Shown: positions 12,020-24,056, counted from the first letter of the stretch. The stretch is DNA of 64,000 nt from Lobosporangium transversale (GCF_002105155.1 NW_019029012.1:372001-436000), one strand, 5' to 3'. The notes: a model not told the origin generated them from the sequence alone. Translations and numbers: made by a program.

Positions 12020-12330
12020 CTTTTAAAACAGCAACTTAGGAGAAGCTGCCCATCGAATACTATCATGGCGGGGATATTAGAGCACAACGTCTTTTTTATG
12101 CGGTATACCTCAAGCTCGATAAAAAGACCTTGGAAAAATCAGAGACTCGGCCTTTGAACCGCAAATGCAGTTCAAGCCTTTTACATTGATCATAGAGACA
12201 GCAGTTATTATCAATCGTGTATTTATTAAGTGGCAGGTACTGCACTAACCATTAGCAATGTATCAACATGATCAGTAATTCTAGTCTCAATCTCTCGATT
12301 CCTCGATTCTTTAAGTTTTTATACTCTACC
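12020..12330. repeat. Diverged 3' flank shared by short-tail F-box/LRR copies (also ~16535-16900, ~46805-47120, ~51965-52265)
   Basis: Recurring blocks of the TAAA(A)CAG, TATCATG and G.CTTTGA.C type occur in the same order downstream of four copies (not every block in every copy). Confidence 0.65.
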
Positions 12331-12383
12331 CCCCACTATCCGCTGTAGATTCTCAGGTCTTTGTGTTAACCACCACATGTTCT

Positions 12384-13715
12384 TTAGGCTACATTTATTC
12401 TTGCAAAGGATAGAAGACCACTGAAATACGTCAAATCAGATAGATCTAATCGAGCCAAATTGCATATCCGGTCATACACAATGCGTCCCTTCTCCTTGCC
12501 TTCTTTGGTCACTGGATCAACATCAACCACAAGACGAACCATCATCTTAGTCAGTCCAGTGCTAACCCATTCTGCACTACCGACAACTTCTGTTACTGTA
12601 ATTTTAGGTCCATATAGCCTCTTCAGACGTGGACAATTGGATAGGAATACTTGAGCGACTCCATCGGTCCTTTTGCTTTGCTGATTGACTTTCACTATCT
12701 CAACTGTATCACAAAGCCTTTGATCTCTTCTTTGTCGTACTATCCTTCCACCATCCAAAACCTCCTGCTCATCTGCTAATAATTCTCGAATAGAGAGTGG
12801 ACCGAAATCACAATCCGGGACTTCTAGTCGTCTAAGACTAGTCATTTTTTTGAGAAGTGTTGCCATCTCCTCGTCTGTTATTTTCATCAGTGGAAAGTAT
12901 ACATCCGATAGATTTGTCAGAGTATATGGATGATGAAGGAGCGCTGTCCTATAGAAAGTAATATCCATTTGTTGTGTTGTTTGGGTATCCTCTCTGTAAT
13001 AAAAGAATTCCAGCGATCGTAGTCCTGGACATCTCTTAGTCAATATCCCCAGACAGTAAGATGATGTATGCGGATGTGGAGGATTGGAAATTTCAACATT
13101 ATATAGACGTAATGTGGTCATATTTAGAAAAATATATTCCTCCTTGTCGTCGTCCAAGAAGTTGAGAGGAAACTGATTGATCTTTATGCCAGATAAGTGC
13201 AGCCATCTAACCTTGTGACAGATTTGAAAGAATTGAGCGAATTCATCTTCGAGTATATGTGTATGATAGATGTCCAAGGCTTCTAAGCGAGTGCATCCCA
13301 AAAGAGTTCCCCACTTGTTTCGCAGATTTGAAAATTTGAAACTAAGCTTGGTGATTGTGGAGCTGTGGGGCTTGATCAAGTCGAAAACCTGATCCGGACT
13401 GGGTGAGCTCCAGACACCTGAACATTCGATGGATCGGAGACGACTACAACCTTGCAATGATAGGTACTCTTCAGAAAAGCTTTCGTTAAACTTAAGCTCC
13501 TCAATGTATTTCTTGTAGTTCTGTAGCGCCTCACCAGTTGGATACCTTGCGTGAGCTTCAATAGTGATTTTTTTCCAGATGGACTTGACAAGTGTATCGT
13601 GAAAAGTTCTAGAGATACGAATACAGCGTAAGAGAGCATCTCGCTCTAGAAAGTCGCCAACATGTAAAACAATTTCTGAAATGTCCAGGGGATTCACTTT
13701 GGGATTGCCCATCAT
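12384..13715 (-). CDS. F-box-like + LRR protein, copy B (short tail)
   Basis: True start MMGNPKVNPLDISEI at 13715 by alignment with paralogs; ends EGKEKGRIVYDRI..LSFARINVA. Confidence 0.85.
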   Translation of the reverse strand: MMGNPKVNPLDISEIVLHVGDFLERDALLRCIRISRTFHDTLVKSIWKKITIEAHARYPTGEALQNYKKYIEELKFNESFSEEYLSLQGCSRLRSIECSGVWSSPSPDQVFDLIKPHSSTITKLSFKFSNLRNKWGTLLGCTRLEALDIYHTHILEDEFAQFFQICHKVRWLHLSGIKINQFPLNFLDDDKEEYIFLNMTTLRLYNVEISNPPHPHTSSYCLGILTKRCPGLRSLEFFYYREDTQTTQQMDITFYRTALLHHPYTLTNLSDVYFPLMKITDEEMATLLKKMTSLRRLEVPDCDFGPLSIRELLADEQEVLDGGRIVRQRRDQRLCDTVEIVKVNQQSKRTDGVAQVFLSNCPRLKRLYGPKITVTEVVGSAEWVSTGLTKMMVRLVVDVDPVTKEGKEKGRIVYDRICNLARLDLSDLTYFSGLLSFARINVA

Positions 13716-14646
13716 GCAAAAAAAGAGAGAGACAAAGAGAGAATGATGAGTTGATGTAACTTGGCATGGACTGTGTGTGGGAGAACGCCCTGACCCTGCT
13801 GACAGCCTGTAAGCTGAGATCTCGTTTTTATGCGTATTTTGATTTTCCTCCTCGCAACAGGTGAACGCTTTCAAGAGATAGTAGGCTTGTCGTTCGTTTA
13901 TTCAATTCACTATCCTACTTTATCCTATGGTTTTTTTTTTTTTCTTAATTGGAAGAGATCAACATGGGTATAGTAAGCTGTTTGCAAATGTAGACTGTCT
14001 CGACATCGTATTTTACATATCTGTCAGTTCTTACTTCTTACTCTCATTTTATTTTTTGTCACCCACATCAACGATCCCAGAAGCTTGTTCTTGCTTTCTT
14101 AAATAGAACATCGCGTCGATTAAGCGATGTTTGAAATATATAATTGAAGGAGCAATCTGGAGCAAGCAGAGGTGTAATGATAAACACAGGTTGAACAATG
14201 GATAAGAAGATATGTAGATATATGACAGCAGAGGCTTTAATGTGGAGAAAAAAAAAAATGAGCAGATCCAAAGGAGCCATCCATAGCACTTGTTTTTGTT
14301 AGTTGATGATCTTTCATTTTCTTCTAAAATGCATGCTTCTATAGGTGTAAAACTTGTCCAGGGGTTCAGTAACCCGCTCGTACTGTTGAGCGTACTCCCT
14401 AAACTCTGTCGAGCGGATAGACTGCTTTTAGTTCTGCTGAGAGCCTGTGTGCCGTCGTCTGAATCACTCATAACCATTTTTACTTTCCACCTTTTATGAG
14501 AGGTTGCTGCGAGTACCATTGTCGAACATGCTGACCTGCTTGTGTGAAAACTCGATATACTTAATGCTAGTTGTAAAAGTAATAGTTAGAAGAGGAAATA
14601 TTAAAAAACAAAAAGAAGTACGTGCACTTCAGAAGGTCATACTTTC

Positions 14647-14680
<34 letters not shown>

Positions 14681-16912
14681 CAAGTGCTTTATCGCCTTGC
14701 GATATTTAGTGCTATTGCTGCGCCTTCACCATCATAGTGTAACGTGTCTATTTCCTACTTAGGATAGGAGCTCCGCTGCAACCTTTCTAAAACCAAGCTC
14801 AATCTTCTGCGTAGGGCTCACTTTCAAAGTGCTGATCGCACAGCTCTTCTGAAAGTGCAGAGTAATATGGTAACTATAGGCATTATAGTATTAATCACCA
14901 TGTCCTGGAAAAGTGTTGCTTGAAAACCCTATGACTCAAGTGTAGTTACTTGCACCAATCAATTGAGATACCACAAGCGTTGGCTAATAAAGTTTATTAA
15001 TATAACCAAGGTTCAAGTGAGAAGCGATTAGTGGCAAAGTAACAATGACGCGGAACAGTCGGAATGAAGGGTGGATGAACATGAATGGCTATATCAGTAA
15101 GAAATAGTAAGAGGTACAGATCGATCAACGCGCCGCTCCTTTCCTTATGATCATTATCTTTTGCGCTCTCGCTCCTAATTACTTTTCCTGTATATGCGCG
15201 ATTTGCCTTTGCAATTCAACTTTACATACCTCTTTCCCTTTTTCATTTATTCCGAAGCTTCATCGCCCTTTTTTTTTCACTTTTTAGACATTCCATGTTC
15301 TCGTTATCCCCTTCCTTTTGCTTCGTTGGCCTTACACTTAACTGCCTGTTTTAAAAAAAAAAAAAAAAAATTAGGGATTTTGCCTGTTCAGCCATCATTT
15401 TTATTCTCCAATCAACATATTTACACATATTCAGTAACAATTCCAATGACAAAGGCGAAGCTGCAAAGAAAACCCCTGAGGAAACTTCTAAACCATATTT
15501 CCAGAATAGACAAGTCAAACAAGCAGCAAGTCCAGTCAAGCAGGCGACAGCCTCAAAAGCATAAACAAATGGAAGCAGTTAGTCTCAGAAGAGTGAGCTG
15601 ATCGGGCCCATCAAAATTGAGTCTATTGATTGTTGGTCGAGAAGTACACTGTTTCCAGCAAAAAAATTATCCAATGACTCGATCTGGATGCTCAAGCAAG
15701 CCATCTATCCCATATTACCGTGGGCTCAAATACCAGGCCCAAGAAGCTCATGCTCAAGCTCGCCGCTGGTAGCTTAAAGAAGGAGGAGCTGGAAAAACTA
15801 CCCAGGAGGCTGCTTTATTGCTTGCTAGAAGACTTGAAAAACTCAGTGCCCGCTTTCCAATTGTAGCAGATGATCACATCACACCATTGTCAAGCTGCAG
15901 CACCAAGGTGTGAATATAGCTCTTGATGGATTGATTGCTGAAGTCCTCATTTGATGAAACTTATTTTCTACTTCTAAACGGTCATATACATAGTCTCACC
16001 ATTTGCTTCGCGCCTTGATTAACTCGACGTTCTTTCTAATTATTCGCTCTGATACTTATTCAGCTTGGAAAAGAAAGCAAGCTGAAGTTCCTGGCGTGCT
16101 TTCGATAGAGATCCTGGCTATTGTAAAGTGTAATGAAGCAAGCATATTGATTTTGGTCATTCTATCACTTTTAAAAGAAGCTCTCTCTAAAGAAGCTCGT
16201 GCAAGTGAGTATAGCATAGGCGGCTCTGATGTTCTTGTAAATCTGACTATGGTAGCAGGACTTGCAAAGAAAAGGCCAGTGGAAGGTGAATCTAATCTCT
16301 CGACTCGAAAGAATGAGTCAAGGTGTTTTCGTTCATGGGGATGACATCAACAAATAGCGATTGTCACAATATTAATATTCGCCAACCTCGCCATTATGGG
16401 AATTTGACGATTTCATATTAGATGGAGCAGTCTGACATCTTCAGTCACATATCATATACTGCAATCCCTCCTTCTGTTAACTTTGCACTATCTACCAAGC
16501 CATATCAGAATGGATAATGAATAACTGGGAAGGGCATTTTAAACAGTGGTTGAAGAGGAGCTACTAATCAAGTGGTATCATGACAGGGATTTTCATACGA
16601 CAGACTCTTTATGTGGTGCAAAACAGGCTCTCTCTCTCATAAAAAAAAAGGCGCTTAGGACAAAGTAGTGGAACTTGGCCTTTGAGCTCCAAATGCAGCT
16701 CATGTCTTTTACATAATTCATAAAGACAATTGTCATTGTTCACAATTAGGAGTCTGAATTTTTATCAAGTGGTGGGTCATTAACCATCACCAATGAATCA
16801 AGAGTAAAAGACTCGTCCCAGTTCCTTAAATCCCCCTTATTTTAGTGCTTGTACTCTTCTTCTCTCTATTTTATGCTAATTCTCAAATCTGAATACTAAC
16901 AAATACAGATTC

Positions 16913-18250
16913 TTAAGACTGACTGTTCTCTGGAGTCATGCCTGCAAAGGATAGAAGTCGATTATACCGTGAGCAGTAGCAGCCATACAATCGAGCCAAA
17001 CTATGTATCCGATCATACACAATGCGTCCCTTTTCCTTGCCTTCTTCGGTCGTCTGATCAACATCTACTACAAGATTGACCTGCATTTCAGTCAAGCCAG
17101 TACTAACCCATTCTGCTCCATTGGCAACTTCTGTCACTGTCATTGTAGATCCTTTCAGCTTCTTCAGACGTGGACAATTCGAGAGGATCGCCTGAATAAC
17201 GCCATCAGTTCTTTCGCTTTGTTCACTCCATTCCAGTTCCTCAACCATATCGCAGAGTCTCCGGCCCCTTCTTTTCTGTACTATGTTCCCGTCCTCCAGG
17301 GCCTCGTGTTCGTCTGCTAGCAATTCTCGCATCGAGAGTTGACCAAACTTACCCCACGGGACTTTTAGTCGTCTCAATTGAGTCATCCGTCTGAGTATTG
17401 CCGCCATATCCTCGTCTTTTATTTTCATGGATGCGAGAGATAGGTCTGATAAGTTTGCCACTGTGTAGGTATGATGAAGGAATGCTGTCCTGCAGAAATC
17501 AAGATGTAATTGGTCCATAGTTAAGGAGCCTTTTTTGTAATCATAGAGGTACAATGACTGTAATTTTGGACACCTCCTAGTCAATATCCCGAGACAATAA
17601 GATGATGTGTATGGACGTGGAGGGTTGTGTATTCGGACATTATGAAGATATAATGTGCTCATATTTGGGAAAATGTATTTGTCAGCCTCGTCTCCCAAGA
17701 AGTCGGAAGGTAGCTGACTGATGCTTGCGTCGGTCATGTTCAAATATTTAATTTGCTTGAAGACCTGGAAGAATTGATCTATTTCGTTTTCAAATATGCG
17801 TGTCTTAGAGACGCTTAGGACTTCAAGGCGAGTGCATTTCAGTAATGGCTCCCATATATCTCCTAAACTTGGACAGGTGAAAGTAAGGTAGGTGATCGTA
17901 GAACTGTGAGAGTCGATCAAGTCGGAAATCTGACGGAGATCGGATTTACGCTGGACTTCACATCTGATGGATTGGAGGCGATCACAACCTTGTAATGACA
18001 AATAATCCTCTGGGAAATAATAAAAAAACGTAAGGTCCTCGATGTATTTCTTGTAGTTATACAGTGCTTCGCCAGAGGGATACGTTGAATCGGCGTCAAC
18101 ACAGATGTCTCGCCATATGGCTTTGGCAAGTGTATTGTGGAAAGTTTTGGAGACACGGATACAGCGTAAGCAATCATCATAATCTAGGAAGCGACCAACG
18201 AGCGAAACGATTTCTGGAATGTCCAAGGGATTCGAATTGAGGTTGTTCAT
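16913..18250 (-). CDS. F-box-like + LRR protein, copy C (short tail), 445 aa
   Basis: MNNLNSNPLDIPEIVSLVGRFL; family core motifs; short tail EGKEKGRIVYDRI..LSFAGMTPENSQS. Confidence 0.85.
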   Translation of the reverse strand: MNNLNSNPLDIPEIVSLVGRFLDYDDCLRCIRVSKTFHNTLAKAIWRDICVDADSTYPSGEALYNYKKYIEDLTFFYYFPEDYLSLQGCDRLQSIRCEVQRKSDLRQISDLIDSHSSTITYLTFTCPSLGDIWEPLLKCTRLEVLSVSKTRIFENEIDQFFQVFKQIKYLNMTDASISQLPSDFLGDEADKYIFPNMSTLYLHNVRIHNPPRPYTSSYCLGILTRRCPKLQSLYLYDYKKGSLTMDQLHLDFCRTAFLHHTYTVANLSDLSLASMKIKDEDMAAILRRMTQLRRLKVPWGKFGQLSMRELLADEHEALEDGNIVQKRRGRRLCDMVEELEWSEQSERTDGVIQAILSNCPRLKKLKGSTMTVTEVANGAEWVSTGLTEMQVNLVVDVDQTTEEGKEKGRIVYDRIHSLARLYGCYCSRYNRLLSFAGMTPENSQS

Positions 18251-18454
18251 CTTGCATGAGAGAGTTGCTAGAGCAAGATTATGTCAAATCTTTGTATGTC
18301 GTGTCTAACCAATAATTTTTTTTTATTGGTAACTTCAATTAAGACTGTTGTGCCATGTGTAAAATTTCACACACTTTCTAAGGCCGACCTTTGTCTCGAG
18401 TCGGGCCTGAAAAAGATAATTGGTAACTTTACTCCAAAGGATTTGATCGTCAGT

Positions 18455-18557
18455 TTCTGCCTTCTGCGCTCTCTTAGTCAACATCAACCACAATATGGGC
18501 CTTCATTTTAGTCAGCCCTGTGCTTACCCATTCTGCTCCATCGACAATTCCTGTGGT
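18455..18557 (-). pseudogene. Orphan F-box/LRR fragment around the EWVST motif
   Basis: Reads TTGIVDGAEWVSTGLTKMKAHIVVDVD*ESAEGR. Confidence 0.75.
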
Positions 18558-18897
18558 TCTCTCATACTGTTTATGTAGGTCCTCAAGACAAGGGTCATTA
18601 TTATTAATATTAGGAAATTTACTAGGCATTAGCTACCATTAATATACCAAGACTAATAAAGTAATTCTTTTTTAGCCCCCATTTGGCTATCAAATCGTAC
18701 TCATAGGCTCATAGCAGTGTGCAAAATGTTTGGGCATGTGACTGCTCACGGTGTATGAGCATCCACGCATAATAAAGTTTCATAGTCTACGCGCTTTTTG
18801 GTAAGGGAGCATGTTCACATTTCCTATTTTTCTATTCATCTTTTTCCATCATTTCTTCCATTTCTTCCATTTCTTCCACCCATTTAACAGCATAGTC

Positions 18898-20060
18898 ATG
18901 AGCAGGGAAGCCTCACCAGTACGACATAGTCCCACATTAATGACACAGCCAGTCAAGGGGATTCTTAAACGACCGGCCTCACAGCACCAGCACGACGAAC
19001 GTGCTCCAAGGTAAAGTGTAAAGTGTAACGGCTCTCTGTTGATATTGTACAGGAAAAACAATCGGCAGTTGGCTGATTGCTTAAGGGACCTAACCTGTCG
19101 TACCTATTGGCATTATACTACCTCGTGTTGCCGTGCTTTAACACTCTTATTTGTTGTTTGATAAAAAAATATATATATTTATAGAATCAAATGGGATGAG
19201 GAGAACTTGACGCTTACAGAAGCACAAAAGGACTCTACGATGAAGATTAACGAGCCCAAGACACCATATGTCCATTATAACCATGAACTAGACAAAGCCA
19301 TGGATATGGATGGTAAGGCATAAGCAAGGAAGCTTTGGTAGTCATCTATCCTAAAATAACCAATGAACAGCATCTCGAGCCGAGCTTATGACAATTAATC
19401 ATCGCAGTCAACCTCGTGTTTTTTTTTTCTTTTTTTTTCTTTTCTTTTAACATAAAAAAAGGTTGCAGAATCTCCAATCTAACCCTCATTTCTTTCAATT
19501 CTTCCTTGCATTAGAGTCATTCTCTCTTGATGATGGTAAAAAGAAGCATGTTTCATTAGCACCTACACCTGCTTCACCCAAGTTTAAAGCCGTGGACGGC
19601 GATGAAAATACAGATGATCAGGATGGAGATGAGCCAGAGGAGTGGAGGGACTCTGACGATGAAGAGGACGATGTTCCTTCCAAGAAAAGTAAGTTCCCCT
19701 CCCGAACTGTGGATCATGCAATGGCTTTGCTTTCTGGATAGCATCTACCGATAAAACTCAGGATTGGATGCGGCTAGTAACACTTTTTTTTTTTTTTTTT
19801 TTTTTTTTTTAATGGATATAGTTGATCACGAAAAGTTTACAAAGATGAGAGCAGAGCATTACAAGATGAAGGAAGCTCTGCAGATAGGGCATGAGCTGGC
19901 AGAAGAGGAGTTGAAGGCATTAGCTAGCCCCAGTCCACTATCTGAACCTGTTCCTCCTTTACCTTCATTCGCCAAACAAGTTAACTCTGAGTTGAACGAT
20001 GTTGGGTTTATAGCTGATAAGAAAAATAGTACGGAACAGGATACCGGAATGGAGTTGTAA
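18898..20060 (+). CDS. GLC8: Protein phosphatase 1 inhibitor-2 (IPP-2/Glc8 family), 4 exons, ~217 aa
   Basis: Exons 18898-19010, 19185-19312, 19515-19688, 19822-20060 in frame. Motifs [34 protein letters not shown]. Confidence 0.92.
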
Positions 20061-20285
20061 GAGCTTAGAGAAATAAAAAATTAAAACCCCCGCTTTTTGT
20101 TTTGTTGCGTGACTGGCGCACCCATGTTTATTTTTATTTCTTTAATTGCCGCTTCTATCTCTCTTCTCTTCTCTTCTCCTCTCCTCTTTTTCCTTTTCTA
20201 ATGTCACTCCAACCCTTGCTACATCGTTCTTGGCCACACCACCTTAAACCTCCATAAGCAACCTCCCATCCATTCTTTACCAGCC

Positions 20286-20939
20286 ATGACCATTAAACAG
20301 TACCAGCGCGATTTCATTGAGTTTGCCATCAAAAACCAAGTCCTAAGATTTGGCGAGTTCACCCTCAAGTCTGGCCGTATCTCCCCATATTTCCTCAACG
20401 CTGGTCTCTTTAACACTGGCGCTTCCCTTTCCAAGATCGGAAAATTTTATGCCGCGGCTGTGAATGACTCTGGTATCGAGTACGACGTCATCTTTGGTCC
20501 TGCTTATAAGGGGATCCCTCTTGCTTGTGCCACTGTAGTCGCATTAGCCGATAGTCCATACAACAAGGATACACCTTATTGCTTCAATCGTAAAGAGAAA
20601 AAGGATCATGGCGAAGGTGGTACCATTGTAGGATCCCCATTGAAGGGAAAGGTTCTGGTCATTGATGATGTCATCACTGCGGGGACTGCTGTTCGCGAGT
20701 CAGTCGATATCATTAAGAGCGCCCAGGCTGAGCTTGCTGGAGTACTTGTGGCTGTGGATCGTCAAGAGACGGGTAAGGATGGTACCTTATCAGCAATCCA
20801 AGAGGTTCAAAGAGACTTTGGAGCTCCTGTCAAGGCCATTGTTACCATGTCCCATATCATGGAATACATGGAGGAGCAAGGTACCTATGCGGATCACTTG
20901 GTTCAGATGCGTGCCTACCGTGAAAAATATGGCGTCTAG
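20286..20939 (+). CDS. URA5: Orotate phosphoribosyltransferase, intronless, 217 aa
   Basis: [42 protein letters not shown]-binding [10 protein letters not shown]. Confidence 0.97.
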   Translation: MTIKQYQRDFIEFAIKNQVLRFGEFTLKSGRISPYFLNAGLFNTGASLSKIGKFYAAAVNDSGIEYDVIFGPAYKGIPLACATVVALADSPYNKDTPYCFNRKEKKDHGEGGTIVGSPLKGKVLVIDDVITAGTAVRESVDIIKSAQAELAGVLVAVDRQETGKDGTLSAIQEVQRDFGAPVKAIVTMSHIMEYMEEQGTYADHLVQMRAYREKYGV

Positions 20940-21849
20940 ACAATATTTCAGTTAATGTCAATCGAACGATACCTTTTCGCATGTTACCAGCCCAGCAATA
21001 GTGTTATTTATCCACAATAAAATACAATAAACTACATACATGTAAGATTTAATAGATCAAATTTTGAATGGAGAACAGCGCGGGAGGAGCCCCACTGGGG
21101 CAAATACCAGAATATAAAAGCTTTTGTACCTTCGCTTTAAGTTGCCTGAATTGTCACGAAGCAAAGATGTTGCTTGGCCCCTATAACTTTGGCAACGACC
21201 TGGCGATATGCTTATCACCAATGGTGATCTTTGTTGCATCCAGGGAGACTCTCTCGGCATCCACAGGTTGAAGATGGAGTGGTCATTGTTGCTTCCAGGG
21301 AAAGAAGGATATGGAATGCCCGAAATGAACAGAACATTGGTATTAATAAAATTTATGGATGTGCTGGCATAAAAGAAATAGATTTACTTAGCGTAGTCCA
21401 CATTTACTTTTTCATTTTATCAGTTTCCCTACACCTTTATCACTTTTCATTTTCTCTCCTTTTCTCTCTTTATTTTCTAATTTTCGGACAACCTGACAGA
21501 ACAACAACCCCAATGCTGTTGGCAGTGTCATTATATGTGGAACGTTCAGCTTCTGCGTCTGAACACGACTGGTCAGCATGTACCTCCTTTCAATACCGAG
21601 GAGACTATCAGAAGTTATCAGGAATCCGTATTTTACTCTTGAGCAGACACAACACGTTTTTAATAACTATGCAAGATATTCGCCTTATCGCAGGGATGGC
21701 TTTTCATCTAAAAAGACATATCGTCTAACTCATAAGCTGTCAAGCCAAACGTTATTCTACTAATCCTTGCTGAAAATTTGAAGATCTGGACGTAAATCAA
21801 CGCATCCTTTGAAGTATACAAATTAAAAAAAGTCATATTAGTTCAGAAG

Positions 21850-22005
21850 CCGAAGAAGGCAAAGAGAATGGACGCATTGTATATGATAGGATAGGCAAGT
21901 TGACTTGGTTTGGTCCTTCTGACTGCTCTGCTAGTTTTTGCAAATGAAAAACTAGCCTAGAGATCTTGTAATGACCAGCATTAAGACTTGAGAATCAACA
22001 ACAGA
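21850..22005 (+). pseudogene. Remnant of a short-tail F-box/LRR 3' end (counterpart of the copy B end in the inverted duplication)
   Basis: GAAGAAGGCAAAGAGAATGGACGCATTGTATATGATAGGATA = EEGKENGRIVYDRI, followed by a flank resembling the reverse complement of ~12330-12400. Confidence 0.7.
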
Positions 22006-22481
22006 TAGAGGAGGTGTCAGATACGACACCAACTGAGGTTGTCAAGTTGGTCTCCCTCCTCTTCCTTAGCATCTGATTAGGAAGTCATTTAATCTTCGTA
22101 ATAGCAAGACTAAAGATTACTAGTGTAAAGTCACCCAGCACCAAGGAGATCAAATGACAAATCTGTCCAGAATCAACTTGCAGTGTGCTTGTGTGCATCC
22201 ATTTGATCGGTACTATGTAAGGCTGCGCCAAAGGCCATTATTAAAAGCTCGATCGTATGGAGAGATCAGAGAGCTGCTTTTATTACCGCCAGGCAGGAAC
22301 CTTTTTTATTAAGACCTATTACAAATTTTAATTTAGTAGAAAAAGGTGGCGAACCTGCCAGATATGCAAACCTGCAGTGCTTAAAAGATAAAAAATAAAT
22401 AAATAAAAAACATGTTCCTGTTCACACTTCATTTCGCTCTATCATCTCTCATTCCATCATCTTCCTCTCTCTCTCTTTTAC

Positions 22482-24056
22482 ATGATGAGCAATTCCAATT
22501 TGAATCCTATGGACATTCCAGAAATTATTTCGCGTGTTGGCGACTTCCTAGAACAAGGTGATCTCTTACGCTGTATTCTTGTCTCCAGGACTTTCCACAA
22601 TACACTTGCTGGCTCTAAATCCATTTGCAAAAGGATTGAGATTGGAGATGCCTATTCAAGATATAGAAAGTATCCTACTGGTGCAGCACTGCAGAGCTAC
22701 AAGGAAAATATTGAGGAGCTTCTATTCTATTACAAGTTTCCAAAGGAGTACATGTCGTTGCAAGGCTGTGTTCGCCTCCAATCCATCAAATGTCAAAGCC
22801 AGAGTTTGTTTAATCTGAGTGAGCTTTCTAGCTTGATTATGTCCCACAGTTCCACAATCACCAAATTTGAGCTCAGTACACAGGATAATCCAACTTTGCG
22901 AGAGATATGGACAGCATTACTGGGATGCACGCATCTAGAAGTGTTAACCATTTCTAGTACCCAGATGTGTAATGACGGGGTCGATCTATTCTTTCAAGTC
23001 TGCAAGAGAGTTAGGTGCTTGGAAATGTCTTATGTAGATATCAATCGACTACCCCCCAACTTCTTGAACGACGGCACAGATGAATTCATTTTCCCAAATA
23101 TGACCACATTACATCTTCGCGATGTCCGGATATCCACGCCTCCAACCTTTTATTCATCATCTTATTGTCTCGGCATATTGGCTAAGAGATGTCCAAAGCT
23201 ACGCTCATTAAAGTTCGATGAATACGCACGTGGCGGTATTTTATATAGAACAGGCGCCTGTGCTTTCTATAAGGCGGTATTCGTTGATCATCCCTTCACA
23301 CTGACAAGTCTATCAGACCTGTATATGGGATCCTTCGGAATAAAAGACGAGGACATGGCAGCACTTCTCAGAAAGATGACTGAACTAAGACGGCTAGATA
23401 TCCCAGATTGTGAATTCGGTCCACTCTCTATGCAAGAATTACTAGCAGACGAGCAGGAGGTTCTGGATGGTGGACACATAGTACGGAAGAGAAGGGATCG
23501 GAGGCTCTGCGACACAGTTGAAATACTGATATTCCAAAGGCAAGGTGAAACGCCTGCCGGTGTTGGTCAAGCGATCTTATCCAATTGTCCACGTCTGAAG
23601 GAATTGGCGGGGCCCAAAGTGAAAGTGACAGAAATTGTTGATGGTGAAGAATGGGTTAGCACTGATCTCACCTACTTAGTCATCCGGCTTGAAGCTGACG
23701 TTGACAAGGAGACTGCAGAAGGAATGCAGAAGCAGCGCATTGTATTTAAGCAACTAGCTAAGATGACTAAACTACGTGTCCTTTATTTGACGAATTACAA
23801 CTCAGTAGCGCAATACCGGACGCTGGACTTGAGGTTGAGAGCAGGTCTGGATGAACTGGCCAACCTGAAGCGCCTACACTTGTTATCGTTCAACCGTGAT
23901 ATGTGTCAGCAGATGCAATCAGAGGATGTGACATGGATTATAAACAATTGGCCGAAGATCAAACGTTTGGATGGTGTTGTAAACTACAAGAGCAATGCAA
24001 TGGCTAGCTTATTTGTAGCACATAACATTTCAGCAGGGTTCAATTATGATTTATGA
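22482..24056 (+). CDS. F-box-like + LRR protein, copy D (long tail), 524 aa; recent inverted duplicate of copy A
   Basis: Long stretches are nucleotide-identical to the reverse complement of copy A, including ~90 nt upstream of the ATG. Confidence 0.87.
   Translation: MMSNSNLNPMDIPEIISRVGDFLEQGDLLRCILVSRTFHNTLAGSKSICKRIEIGDAYSRYRKYPTGAALQSYKENIEELLFYYKFPKEYMSLQGCVRLQSIKCQSQSLFNLSELSSLIMSHSSTITKFELSTQDNPTLREIWTALLGCTHLEVLTISSTQMCNDGVDLFFQVCKRVRCLEMSYVDINRLPPNFLNDGTDEFIFPNMTTLHLRDVRISTPPTFYSSSYCLGILAKRCPKLRSLKFDEYARGGILYRTGACAFYKAVFVDHPFTLTSLSDLYMGSFGIKDEDMAALLRKMTELRRLDIPDCEFGPLSMQELLADEQEVLDGGHIVRKRRDRRLCDTVEILIFQRQGETPAGVGQAILSNCPRLKELAGPKVKVTEIVDGEEWVSTDLTYLVIRLEADVDKETAEGMQKQRIVFKQLAKMTKLRVLYLTNYNSVAQYRTLDLRLRAGLDELANLKRLHLLSFNRDMCQQMQSEDVTWIINNWPKIKRLDGVVNYKSNAMASLFVAHNISAGFNYDL

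Noticed and set aside
13716..13874. N-terminal extensions of ORFs for copy B (and copy E, 25758-25997)
   Set aside because: Paralog alignment places the starts at 13715 and 25998; extensions are non-homologous.
20286..20939. Intronless, PyrE-like URA5 as a recent bacterial transfer
   Set aside because: Fungal monofunctional OPRTases are normally PyrE-like; nothing else suggests transfer.
21057..21728. Short ORFs downstream of URA5
   Set aside because: Stop-interrupted frames with no recognisable product.
22482..24056. Diversity-generating retroelement as source of A/D variation
   Set aside because: Differences are not adenine-specific and there is no reverse transcriptase in the window.
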